Positions 13,446-26,138 of a stretch of 64,000 nt of DNA are shown piece by piece. Position 1 is the first letter of the stretch; every line of letters begins with the position of its first letter. The DNA is from Vicugna vicugna (Eukaryota), in the NCBI GenBank assembly GCA_013265495.1, contig MU058844.1:3017520-3081519 (forward strand). Reading direction: 5' to 3'. The notes beneath the pieces are model-generated. The model worked only from the letters and a program-made list of their open reading frames with translations, ran no database searches and was not told the origin of the DNA. Made by a program: the position numbers and the translations under genes.

Positions 13446-14361
13446 TTCACTCAACAAAAATCACCTATCGATATTGTGCTAAGTTCTTACAGCTCTTCTA
13501 AGACTGTGTGTAAATATGCTTTGAAAAGACCATAAAGTTATACACAAATGTATATCAGTAATAGTATTATTAGAGCAAACAAGAGCATTGCAGGTGCTTT
13601 CAAAATACAGATTGTTACATATAATTATAGAGAATAAAATTATATGAAGTTAATACAATAAAATATCAAAAATTAAGTACAGGTCCTTCGAGGACAGGGC
13701 TGTGCTCCATCCCACAGCAGTGGAGCCGCAGTTCCTGGAGCAAAGCTGGGCATGCTAGAGAATAAAGCAAAATGTTTTTGTGACTTTCTGTGATCAAGCA
13801 CTGTTCTCAATATATTCTTGCTGGACTAAACAGAATCAGGATTCTCGTGTATTATCTCATGTCTCTGAGACAAAAAGGATGCCTCTAAAACATCTTGTTA
13901 AAAAACACTTTTAAAATTATCACTGGGGTAGTATCCGTCAAGAGTCATCTTTTACAAGCTAAAATCAAAAAACAGTAAATCAAAAACCATGAAACCTGAC
14001 AAACTTTGAAAGACATTTAAAACTCTCTGCCTCCATTTCCTAATATAAAGAATAGGCTTATATTTTTAAAATATTAGGACATCTCCATTATCTTGGCACT
14101 TTGAATTCCTATGAGTCAATAACTTCTGCAGAATAATGCAAAGTGGTCTAAAAAGAAAAAAAAAAAGAGTTGCGTCTCCTTGTTTGAGTTTAAATCTAGC
14201 TTCAGATTCCTGGTACACACTTAAAAACTTTTATAAACCAATGTATAACAAGCACAATCTAATATAATGCAAATTGAGTACCTGAGCACTGAGAGGGAGA
14301 AAAGTGAAGAAGCTGTTAGCGTGACAGGAAGTTCACCACTGATCATCTGAACTCCCTAACA

Positions 14362-14480
14362 CCAGTGGTTTTAAAACTCTGGAATGCTTACACATCACCA
14401 GCAGAACTTGTTAAAATGCATATTTCAAGCTCTGCTTCCAGAGATTCTGATTCAATAGGCCTGTGAGGGGACCCAAGAAT
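14362..14480. mobile_element. MER5A-like MITE
   Basis: 'cagtggttttaaaact...cttgttaaaatgca...ccagagattctgattcaataggcctg'. Confidence 0.75.
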
Positions 14481-14779
14481 CAGAAGTTTTATGTAATTCA
14501 CAATCAGAGGAAGGACATAATGTCTCTGTTTTCTTCCTCTGGAAAGTAAAACATAAAATAATGCTTTATAGGTAAAGATATATCATGGCCTTACTTCGGC
14601 TTGATCTCCTCACCAAATGGGGAGGAAGAGATAAAACAGTCCTTGAAGACTCTTCTAGCTCTGTGACACCCACGTGTGTAAAAGTCCAGCCACATGCATC
14701 ACACAGACATTTAAATGTGCCAAAGATCTGCACTATCTCAACTTTCCACCTAGATGTTTACCAGGGATAAGTCTTCATT

Positions 14780-15660
14780 TATAGTATGGTAACTTATCAC
14801 TACTAACACCATTAGAAATTGCATCATCATCACAAATAGATCAAAAATCTACCAGCCAACCAGGAAACATTTACTAGCAGTAAGTCATGGAAAGTCAATA
14901 TAATTAAATAGAGAAATTATCTAAGAAAAGCATTAACCCTCTAATGAAAAAAAAGAAAGGAAAAGAACATAGGACATTTATAGTACAAGAAAAATAACTG
15001 GCTCAAAAACCCTGTGGAAAACATTCACATTCTCTAATATTTAAAGAAGAGAAAAGTAAAGCAAAACAAAAGGATTTCAATTAGTGAAAATTTTTAATGA
15101 CAAGAACTCCATTTATAAGGATATATAGTCCCGGTGTTGATTTTTAAGTTTTTCTGAGAAGTAGTTTGTATTATATATCAAGAACCGTTAAAGATTCAAA
15201 CTATTTTAGTAATTCTTGTCTAGGAGAAAATGTTAAGGAAATAGTAAGAAATTCAAATAAATATTGCTAAAAATACTTATTCTAGAATGATCATAAGAAC
15301 AATAAGTTAGAAAGAATCTACACATAAAAAATGATGTGATTGCATAATTTATGGTCTATTCACATTGTAGAAATAGTGTATATAGCCATTAAATTCTGCT
15401 TGTTTTTAAAGAACATTAAGTCATAAGAGAAAATGTTCAATATAAAATATTAAGCAGAGATAAAAGGGTTAAAGTTCTAAATATTTATTTTTGCACACAT
15501 CTGTGTGCATATATAACTGGAAAAAATTGCATCAAAGTCTAGAGTGTGTTTCTGAGTAGTAGGATTACGGGTAATTTCAATCTTTCCCTTTATGATTTTC
15601 TATACTTTCTGAATATTCTGCAATGCATCTGTGTTTCTTTCTAATTGAGAAGTTAAAAAA
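14780..15660 (+). mobile_element. Ancient L1 (L1ME/L1MC-like) 3' end
   Basis: A-rich sense L1 3' region ending 'tctgagtagtaggattacgggtaattt...ttttctatactttctgaatattctgcaatg'. Confidence 0.65.
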
Positions 15661-16184
15661 ATTAGTATCATAGCCTATCAAAAGTTCATAAGAAGGCAGA
15701 ATTTGTTGCCCAAATAAACACTATTATTTCCAACCAAAGGTGATTGAAAAGCAACTTTTTCACATACATGTATAAGTGGAACAAGGGCTAAATCAAGTAA
15801 AGTTCCTACATCACTAATAGAACTGGTGCAGTCAGGTTGAGGACTTCTGTGTACTGTCAGTACTTATGTATTCAGGAAAACCTCACGCCATAATTCTTTA
15901 AAGTTAATTCATCTCTCTTAACAACTGAGGAAAAATTGATATATGAAAAAGTTGGAGGCCACCCAAAGAGAAAAGTCAATGCCAGCTTGATTCACTAAAT
16001 TGTCTTTTGTGGCCCAGATTGTCCTGAACAACCCCTAGGAGAGGTCTCCCAGGCCTCTCATCCTCCTTCAGAGGCTGGGAGAGTAAACACACCATGCTGC
16101 TTAAAAGCATAGGCAGAAAATCAAAAGCTGGATGGACTTAGAATCTGTAAGCAGGAAAGACAGAGAAAGACTCTACTGGTCCTA

Positions 16185-16352
16185 CAGCCAGCTGCACATA
16201 GAATCACCTGTGGAGCTTGTTAACTGTTGACTCCTGACCCCACCCCCAGAGTTAGAAAACTGAGGCTAGGTTCAGTACTGTGTATTTTGGACATATATCC
16301 CAGGTGATTCTAATGAAGTCTAAATCCGGGGACCAGCATTTGAGAGCCACTG
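16185..16352. mobile_element. MER5A/B-like MITE
   Basis: 'gctgcacatagaatcacctgtggagcttgttaa...ccccacccccagag...cccaggtgattctaatg...tttgagagccactg'. Confidence 0.75.
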
Positions 16353-18399
16353 ATCTAATACCAGTGAGGCAATTCAGGCCCAAAGAGGTTAAAGATCGGT
16401 GACTTAATTAGTAACAAAGCATCTGGATGCCTTGCTATGTATGACCTAAATCATAACAGAAAGGAAGGGTTGCAGAGAGAAATATTCTTCCCTGAATATA
16501 AACTGTAATCAATTTGAGAGGATGAGAGGGAGGGAAAAGGAGCTAGGAGGAAGAAAACTTTCTATTGAATATGCTCAGTGCATATGCTCAGTCAGGTATC
16601 TGCCTATAAATTGACCAGCAATTTGTGTGGCTTTTGAAAATTCCTGGATGTCAGAATGTTTCCTTTGATAACTTAGATAACTCAGAACCCAGCTTGAAAA
16701 CTAAATAGCCACATATGGTGAGACTTTTTAGCAGTTCATATTTTCCCATTATCTTTTTTAAAGATCAACTCACCAAAAATCACTAAAAATATATTTGCTG
16801 TGTGATGTTACAGCTATTCATACAAAACAAACGTTGACTTTTTATCTAGCTCTTTTATCCTTGGTTGGTTTCCCTATCTGAGCTTCTAAAATAGGGAGTT
16901 AATAAGAAAGTAAATCACACAGCAATATGATATGAACTCTCACACATCCAAGCAAAAGACTACTGTCTTTTTACTAGGCACCTACTGTGTGCCGAGCACA
17001 TTTAGTTAAACTGCACAAATCTTGTTAATGAAAGGGGCAAACCTTAGACATTAATCTCTATGCTGAGTTTTTTTCCATACCTTATTAACAACTGTAATTC
17101 CTGATTCACTATGTTCTTGTCCTAGAGAAGTAAAAAATACATTCTGCATCAGATTTTTTAAAGTTGTTATTGTATAATTTATGGGGAGACATTACAGATC
17201 TAAAATCACTCCTTGGTATTTTAGTCCTTGAGTGACAATCTGAATTGTGCACTTGTTCTTTTTAAATAGCCACTGATTACAGGATTGAAAAGGCTTTGTT
17301 GTATCGGAGTGGTCTAATTTTTTGAAATTTCTGTGTGGGTCACTGTATTCTCCCATATGGTAAAACCTTTCTCAGAGGGTTGTGCTGAAATTATAATGGA
17401 AGCTGCAACAGAAGTCTTCAGTTACTAGTTTCTCTCTGGGTCCAAGAGCTACCTGGGTAATGTCCCTCTTGAAAATCAGTCTGGTTTGGAATAAGACGAG
17501 AAGAAAGCCAATGACACAGTGGTTGTAACCATGAAAGTACGAAATGGAGACTGGATATGTATTGTCTTATCAGACTATTGCCTCTACCCAATTCAGAGAA
17601 GCATCATATTCTAACTAAAATTTAGAAGAATTGCATGAGAACAATTGTGTCATCATTGAGATAGAATTATTATTTCTGATTATTAGTTTTATTATCATCA
17701 CCATATTCATGAAACATCTGAGTTCTAGAGAGGCTTTCCAAAGCATATTCCTTTGCAACATCAAGAGTCATGTTGGATTAACACCAGATTCTATAGACTT
17801 TGAACTTATCCCCAGTAGGCTCTTTTTACTGGAACTAAAGACAATAAGCTGCCTAAGTGTACTGTGAAATATCCATTGATATGCATCCCCTGGGCCCTCC
17901 CCAACTTTTTCTCACTAGTCGTCTCTAGATCCCTGTGAAGCAGGAGCAGAGGTAGTATCTTCAGTCATCAGATTAAAAAACCAAAAAGCAAAAAATGAAA
18001 GATGGCAAGTTTGTCCACTGAAGTCACATGATACCCCAAAACAGAGGAACCTCAGTTCTTGACATATGACCACAGTGAGAATTCAGTCCAGACCCAATCG
18101 TGTAGAGAACAGAGTATAAAGATGAGGTGGGGAGAAGGAGGAAATACAGATGTCCCCTGCCCTTCTCCTCTGCCTTTCCTGTTCATTCCATGTTCCCCAG
18201 AAGAGCAGTAAGGGAATTCTAAAGAGCCAAAGCAGAACGAGGGAACTGTGGGGAAGGAGGTTGTATTTCCTGGCTGAGTGTAGTATTAGGCTAACAAAAT
18301 AGGCTATGTCTTTTGCTAAATTAGCATGTAACCTCCAATGGCCATCTAGATATAATGGAATCTCTAAGCATAAAACTCAAGTGGGCTGTTTATAAGGCC

Positions 18400-19400
18400 T
18401 CACTTTTCCATCTTCAGCTATTTTCTCTTTGTATCCCCATTCTTAGGAGTGTATCCACTTCTTATCCAGTGCTTAAATTCTCATCTCTATCATAATGAGC
18501 ACAAATATTCTATCTCCAACACTTAATTTTTCAGCCAAGCTTTAGTTCCATATTTATTTCTAGAAAATAGAATGCAACAGGACATTTCTGCCGAAACATT
18601 CTGCTTTAATCCCAAGTGTCTAAAAATCAGATCAAGGCACACTCCCACCTGAAGAAGCTCTCTTTATGTGCAGCTCCTGTCTCCCCCACCACATTTCCCC
18701 AGATTACTCAAAAGATTAAACCTTAGACTCATCTTCTAGTCTTAACTCTATCCCAACCCTAGTAATCAATTACCAAGTTCTGGTATCTCTTCTGGTCTCT
18801 AGTGTTTATCCCCACCTTGTCATTTCTTCAAATCCAGGTCTTTATCGTAATATAGAACTGCAGTTTCCAACAAATTTTCAGTAGTGAACTTTCTGATATA
18901 CTAAACCCTAAAATAAACTGATATACCAGAGCTAAGTTAATCTTTATAAAACCTCTAATAACATGCCATTTACTTGCTTAAAAATCTACATTCTTTCATT
19001 GTGTCTTTTCTAATCAAGTTCAAACTCCTCAGCCCAGGATTTGAGATCTTCTGTTATCTGACCTCACCTTGCCTGTCCAACTGTATAAAACCCCATTAGA
19101 ACATAATTTCTGAATCTGTATCTTTTGTTTTGATCAAAGAATTCCCCTGACTGCTTCCTTCTCTCTTCAAAGCATACCAAGTGTGCTTATTCTAGGCTTA
19201 GCACTTACCCATGAACTCCTGCCTGGAATCCTTGACCTTCCATTACCTAAGTGCTATGACAGCTTTTCAATGAAACCTTCCCTGATAAAGTCTCTACAGA
19301 ATAGTATGTACTTCTCTAAATGTCTACAGCATTTGTGAATCTGGTTACAGAATATCATGTGTTGTTTTTTTAGCTGCCTTATTTTATAAACTTGCCTCCT
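18400..19400 (+). mobile_element. L2 LINE fragment
   Basis: 'ataccagagctaagttaatctttataaaa...catgccatttacttgcttaaaaatc...aagttcaaactcctcagccc' are L2 3' blocks. Confidence 0.65.
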
Positions 19401-19992
19401 CCTGGATTGCAGGCAGTTGAAGGACCTTGACAACTAGAAGTGGTTTCATTTGCTTACTTGTTTCTTTAGTAAAAGTCAGAGAACAAAACAGTTGCAAAGC
19501 TATACATTATAGTTGATGTTGTCCTAATTATAATTTAAAATCTCTTAAAGTGTTAAGGAGCTTAAGAAGTCTTTAACCTCATTTTTGATTGTGATATTTC
19601 GTTGGCCCCACATAAGGGCTGAGGTCATTTGCTTAGAGAAGCACGTTGAGACAGAGTCACAGATTCTCCCCTACAAGTGTCAGTTTCATTCTGTTCTTTT
19701 TTTGTTCAGTTCCTTACCCCGTTGTTGGCTCAATGGATGCTACCCCTTTGCTGGCTCAATGGGTGTTTTGTTATCGTGTGAGAGAGAATGCTGTTGCTGC
19801 TCTTGCGCATTTGCAATTTTATCACTGCTTTTCTAAAAACAAAAGAAAGCCATGCTAGGTCAGTAGCATTTTCTCAAATTTGAAAGTGAGTACATAAAAT
19901 AACAGAAGATATTTAGCCTAGGAAAGATTGCGGAAAGAATAAGTGCTTAATTCTTATGACTGACAAAGGAGAAAGGTTGGTGTGATGTACCT

Positions 19993-20360
19993 GTCCTAGG
20001 TGGGGTTCTCAGCAACAGTCCCTGAGACGAGGATTTACATGCAAGTGACATGTTAGGGAAGGGCTCCAGCAGAGACAGGGAGCAGAGCAAACAGGCCCTG
20101 CAGAGGCAGCCAAGCAGGGCATGATTTTAGGCAAGGTCTCAGCCTTAGTCTGGTCCCAGAAGGGGCTCTGGAGGCAAATTACTCATTTACCACTCAGTCA
20201 CTGGCTGCAGCCTCATCTAGAGGGTCACCTCCCAAGCACTTCCAGTCCTCTCTGTGCCACAAAGCTCCTCCAGGAGCCCAAGGGCAGCCTAAGGCAAGCA
20301 GATGGCCAGAGCTGGTAACCAGGCTCCAAGGAGATCAGGGTGGAGCGCAGACAATATTTT
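19993..20360 (-). mobile_element. ERVL solo LTR, LTR16-like
   Basis: 'tgtcctaggtggggttctcagcaacagtccctgagacgaggatttacatgcaagtg' resembles the reverse complement of the LTR16-family 3' end; far end 'gatcagggtggagcgcagaca'. Confidence 0.6.
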
Positions 20361-21096
20361 TACCAGGGTGTTCCCAGTTCTGTAACAGAGAGGATATAAA
20401 TGCTCATTTATTTCAAATGCTTCTATATGCAGAGAAAAAAACTTAACAGATATAAGGCCAATTATTAACTGTAGGCAGTAAGATTGGAGAAAGGAAACTT
20501 TCACATACTACTTTCCACACTTCTATGGTGTTAGACTTTTTACAATAGGCATCACTTGCAATACTTCTGTAAGGAGAAAAAATCTGCTAGCAGAACAAGT
20601 TTTACTACCAAAAATTCAATTATGTATTTTGTTTCATTTAATCACATATTCCTGTTGTTTTTGTTGCAATAACTAGGACAGTAACACCATCTGAATAAAA
20701 ATTAATAACCTAGACTGTTAAAATGCTTAAGTCCATTCAGTAATTAACAGATTGCATTCTTACCAAGTATAAATGATATTCATGGTATGCTCAGAAAGAA
20801 ATAAGCCTTCTTAAGGTTTAAATCTAGAAGGGGAGTTAACTGGTTTTGCAGTCTGCAGGCACTAGAAGTTTGGTTCTCATTGTAAGATACGATCCACCCA
20901 TTCTATATGTCATCATCTATATCAAAAAAACATTGCAGGGAAGTTTTTTAAATTGCCTTTAGAAATGTGTTTTAAAAGTACTTTGGAATTTTAGATGAAA
21001 GGTAAGGTCACATTTGGTTAAAGCCTTGCCTGCTTTGGATATAATTGGATAATAGCAATTGGTCAGGCTTGTGCATTAAGAGGAGTAATCTATAAC

Positions 21097-21540
21097 CATA
21101 AAAAATGATATAATGCCATTTGCAGCAATGTGGATGTACCCAGAGATTATAATACTAAGTGAAGTAAGTCAGAAAGAGAAAGACAAATATCATATGATAT
21201 CACTTATATGTAGAATCTAAAATATTATACAAATGTAATTATGTGCAAAACAGAAACAGACTCACAGACACAGAAAAGAAACATATGGTTACCAAAGGGG
21301 AAAAGGGACGGAGGAGGGATAAATTAGGAGTTTGGGATCAGCAGATATAAACTACTACATATAAAATAAACAAGGTCCTACTGTACAGCACAGGGAACTA
21401 CTTTCAGTATCCTATAATAAACTAGAATGGAAAAGGGTATGAAAAAGAATACATACATATATGTATATGTATAACTGAATCACTTTGCTATAAACCAGAA
21501 ACTAACACAACATTGTAAATCAACAGTACTTCAATGAAAA
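21097..21540 (+). mobile_element. L1 3' end (artiodactyl L1_Art-like), 5'-truncated
   Basis: ORF2 C-terminal 'aatgccatttgcagcaatgtggatg...ctaagtgaagtaagtcagaaagagaaagacaaatatcatatgatatcacttatatgtagaatctaa', then a 3' UTR ending 'cacaacattgtaaatcaacagtacttcaatgaaaa'. Confidence 0.92.
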
Positions 21541-21549
21541 GAGACGAAT

Positions 21550-22250
21550 AGTCTAGCAGCTATATACAGTGTAAATTAGAGGAGCACAGAATGGTAGCAG
21601 GAAGGTCCATTAGAATTCTCCTAGAATAAACCAGGAAAAAGGCAGCAAAGGAGATAAATAATGGTAAAGAAGGAAGCACTTGTCCTGTCTTTCCCATAGG
21701 ATCTGGCCTGTGGTAACCAAATAGTAAAGGAAGACAGTGATGATTTTAATGATTAGAAAACATACAGGAATTACTGTGGAGATGAAAACTAGTAGAAACT
21801 ACGGGGATAGAATGGCTGAAGGAGAGAGTGTGGTCAAAGATGACTGAGAACGATAGTGACTGACTTAGCAACAGTGTTGAATTAGTAAGAACATGCTGAA
21901 TTTTAAATAGAGGTGGATAGAGACATAAGGATATTCAGCAGGCAGTGGAAATAAGTGCCTTGAACTTTTGAAACAGCTAGAAACAAATTTGAGCCATCAC
22001 TAGTGGGGCGATGGTAGAAGCTGAAAGAGGAGATAAAGAGAGCAAAGGGTGACAAACTAGAGAGAAAGAACAGGGATGGGAACCATGGGCGTGACCAGAT
22101 CTGGAGAGAAAGATCCTGAGAGAGGCAGGGAGGAGAGGAGATGGGCTTAAGAACGTGCAGTATCACTGAAAACAAGACAGGAGGCCAATCCTGGGAAATG
22201 TCAGGAAGATAGAGGCAGAATACTCTGTTGATTGTCACTGTTAGGAAACT
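21550..22250 (-). mobile_element. L2 LINE fragment
   Basis: Purine-rich antisense L2 blocks, e.g. 'gaacatgctgaattttaa...ggatattcagcaggcagtggaaata'. Confidence 0.6.
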
Positions 22251-23018
22251 GCAAGTTATAAAGCAACCTTATTTCCATCAATTTTCACAGTTCAACAATC
22301 AGAGTCCCAGAAGAAATCAAAAATATTTTTATTCTATATAACCAAGAATTTATATAGCTAAAAAAAAAAGTATTGCATTTTATCTGGCTAAAGTTTCCCC
22401 AGAGAATACAACTCTGTACTTATTCCATATTTATTTAAATTACTCCTTTTATCCTCAATGACAAAAAAAAAAAAATCTGCAATCTTCAGACCACCCAGGG
22501 AAGAAATTAGACCTATTCTCTTGAGTCATGAAAGATTTCATGGACTTCAAGTATAATCCATGGTAAACCCCCCCAAAATAAAGCAAGCAGTCATGATTTG
22601 GTTCAGGTAACCAAGCAGACATTGAAAACACAACTGAGGTGAGCAGATACAAGAAGTTAGGGGAGGATGCAGGCGGTGTGTACCAGTTCACAAGCCATGG
22701 TTAGGTATAGGAGAGAACACAGCCATGAGAAAGAAGGAAGAGTTTCACAGGTGAGAGCACACATGCCTAGTCCAGCACCTGAATGACCTTCATGGCCTTG
22801 GGACCATGGCCCCTGTGTTCTCATTTGCTCTACTCCCAGCACAAGGGCTTACTTACTTCCCTATAGTCTTGACCTGCATTGTTCTAAATTTCAGGAGCCT
22901 TTAAATTTAAGTATTCAATTTATGAATTGTCCTCAGATTACTAATATTTGTTCCTGTTTCATGCTTTTTCAGAGCAGCTCATACCCTGATCCAAAATGTA
23001 GTTATACACACATGTGTG

Positions 23019-23039
23019 CACACACACACACACACACAC
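23019..23039. repeat. (CA)10 microsatellite
   Basis: Read directly. Confidence 0.95.
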
Positions 23040-24029
23040 GTATTTTAAAGGTTGTGCTATTAACTATTTTCAGAAATCCGATTAAACCTTAGACCCTATA
23101 TTTAAAATTTAATTTTTTAACCGTCACCATTAAATTGTTCCTTGGTATAAAATGACCCAGATTTTCAACATGAAATATATTTGTTATCCTGGCTATTTGC
23201 AATTTGGGAAACAATTTTCACTGCTCAGTGACTTGTATCATATAGGTGGTATTTGTATTATTTTGAACATCTACACACATTCCTGTTATGATTATAGTGA
23301 TTAAAATAAATATACTTCCTAAATGTTTGCAGGAACTTAATAACATTGTTCCAGAAACAACTGTCCACGCCTCTGGACTCTGTGTCTATGCCTTATGGAA
23401 TGGGCTACACTATAGGTGAGAGTTGAATTGTGCCAGCCATTTGACTGAGATTTTGGATGGATGGAGTGATCCTTAAAGATGATCAGTCACTTCATCCTAC
23501 TCATTTCACTCTGTGGAATCAATGCATTCTCTTTGGCATTCAGTGTTATCAAGGAATCAGAACCAATAGCTTTATACAATGTATTCCTTTCTTTTAAGAA
23601 TAAAGTGGGAGGAAAAATTGGATTTTCCCATGTTATTGTCCTAAAATAAATAAAATTAGTTCTGTGTAGATCTGAGCACGTGTAATAGGAATAACAATCA
23701 TAAAATTATTCAAATTATTGATTGCTTTGGCAGGGACCATTTATTAATTTTTATGGGGTATATTGATATGTCACTGACTTGTGGTCAAACCTTTGTAATT
23801 TGACTCCATCAAGAAGGTTCTTTGTGGGAGATAAGGTGAGGAATACAGTGGAGTATAAGAATCTACCCAATAAGTTAAAACTTTAAAAACTTTAGTTGAT
23901 CAATTTCCTGTAGTAAAGTGATTGGAGTAAACAGCAAGTATCTACTAATTTTCTTCCCTTAGTCACTAATAGCTTTATACTCTTATCAGCACATGTTTCC
24001 ACCTACAACAGAGGTTAATAAAGGGTTGA

Positions 24030-25510
24030 TGGAACATTGCAGATTGAATGCACACATCTGTCACTACCCCTACCCAAACCCATCTAGAATGACAGTAAAG
24101 AAATTTATTTGAGTTAAAAACAAAAACAAACAACAACAACAACAACAAAATACAAGGACAAAGAGAAAGGAAGTGAAGACAATAGTTGATAAGGCTTATC
24201 AGCAAAATTTTGGAAAATGGAGAGAGAATAGATATGAGTTAGCTGACACTGCTGATCAAAGAAAAGTGGAAATAAAAGCGCTTATGGGGGAGAATAGGAA
24301 TGAATAGGTCAAACCCCAGAAAAGCTCAGGAAAGGAGGTGTCAGTCACCACTCAGGAATCAGCAAGCTGAGAGTGAGGATGGGGTAAGATACTGACTCCA
24401 AGGGAATTCAGGGGAATTCCATATTAGGAAAGATGAGATTCTCTAACCCCCTTCCTTTATCACCTCCCAGTTTGCTGGCAGCCAGGATTACACTGCCAGA
24501 ATATCTACTTTTAGCTCTAGAATATAAGAATGGAATATTCCTCTCTGGAAAGAATAAATAGACAAAGAGGGGGAAGGAAACCTAAGGACACTGATTGATA
24601 CAGGTCAAATCATCCTTCAGCAGATCTTCCCCATTTAACAAACACAACTCCCCCAAAACACACACACCAACCGACACACAATCACAGAGCCTCTGTGATT
24701 GCTTTTTATAGTGCCTCACTCTAAAATAAGAATACACATTCAAGGCATAAACCTCTAGCATGGAACAGAGAAACCAAAACAGACAAGCAGGGGGGAAAAA
24801 AAGGACCTGGAAGAAACAGAGATAATACAGGGAATGTGAGGTGAAACTAAAATAAGCAGATGTAAATCTGTCCTTAATATTCTCAGAGAGATATCCCATC
24901 CATAAATTAAAAGCTGATGGATGTTTTAATGAAGCATTAATTGTTATAAGCAGCTCTTGGAAACTAAAAATATAATTTAAAAAATATTTTAAAGTCAGTA
25001 GATGTTTAGAAGTCGCATTGAGGAAACGTAGGAAATAAAATAAATATCAAAGATCAGGGAAACAGGAAAATGAGGACACGATTAGTATGGTAGTCCAGGG
25101 GATCTGACATTCAAAGAGTAGAAGTTCAAGAAAAAAATAGAGAAAATAGAAGGGAAGAGATTATCAGAGAAATTATAAAAGAACATTTCTCACATCTAAA
25201 GGAAATGAGTTTCTTGGTTAAAAGAATCTACCATTTATCTCCAGCAAAATGAATGAAAAATACCCACACCAGGATGTATCAGTGTGATGTTTTGGATCAC
25301 CAGGGATAAAGACGTTAAAAGCTTTCAGAGGGGAAAAAAAAATCAGATCATATACAAAGAATCAGAAATCAAAATGGCATCAGACTTTTCAACTGTATCT
25401 CTAAAAAGGAGAAGACTTTGGAGCAATGCGTTCAAAGCTTTGAGAGGGAACTGTCCAACCTGGAATCCGATAGTCAGACAAACTGTTGATCAAGTGGGAG
25501 GGGTGAATGA
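24030..25510 (+). mobile_element. HAL1 / old L1 5' UTR-ORF1 relic
   Basis: 5' end 'aacattgcagattgaatgcacacat...tagaatgacagtaaag'; ORF 25284-25577 gives ORF1p C-terminal-like 'IIYKESEIKMASDFSTVSLKRRRLWSNAFKALR'. Confidence 0.75.
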
Positions 25511-26050
25511 AGACATGGAAGAGGATGAGGACTCCATTCCAGGCAGAGGGAGCGAGAGAGTAAAGCCTGAGGTGTGACTCATCATCGTGGCTTCTGACGG
25601 ATTCAATACCTGGACAGGGAAGGCCGAGTCTTACCAGGTGAGGCCTTTAGCTGAGGAGTTGTTCATTTTCCTGCTAGTCCAGGGAGTCGCCGAGGACTTC
25701 AAGAAAGAAAGTGACGTAATCTGATTTCTGTTTGGAAAGTCTCAGCTGGGTAAGAGAGGACGGAGGAGTGTTGGTGACAGAGAAAACGTGTATTCGGAAA
25801 AGAGTTGACAGGGGTCTGACCTAAGGCAAGAGCAATAAGGAAAGAGACAGAAGGACTGACTTCCAGGCAGTTTCAGAGGAGGGGCACCATTAGGTGTCTG
25901 TTTGGATGTGGACATTCAATGAAAGTGTCCAGGATGATTCCCAGGTTTGCAGCTGGGGTGACTAGATGAACAATGATGTCTTTCCCTAGCAAGAGGGAAG
26001 GATCTAGGGAGAAGTAGAGCTCCGTTTGGGACATGCTGAGTTTGCGTTAC
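25510..26050 (-). mobile_element. L2 LINE fragment
   Basis: 'attccaggcagagggagc...aaagcctgaggtg', 'gtccaggatgattcccaggttt', 'tttgggacatgctgagtttg'. Confidence 0.75.
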
Positions 26051-26138
26051 CCTGCACTCCACTTCCTCGTTCACCCTTGTGCTTCTACATTGTTCTATAT
26101 TCTACTTGGAATTCCCCCTAACCTTTCCCTGTTTTACC

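Noticed and set aside
16569..16592. Short direct duplications (atatgctcagt twice; also actatctctaa twice at ~32819)
   Set aside because: Ordinary slippage micro-duplications.
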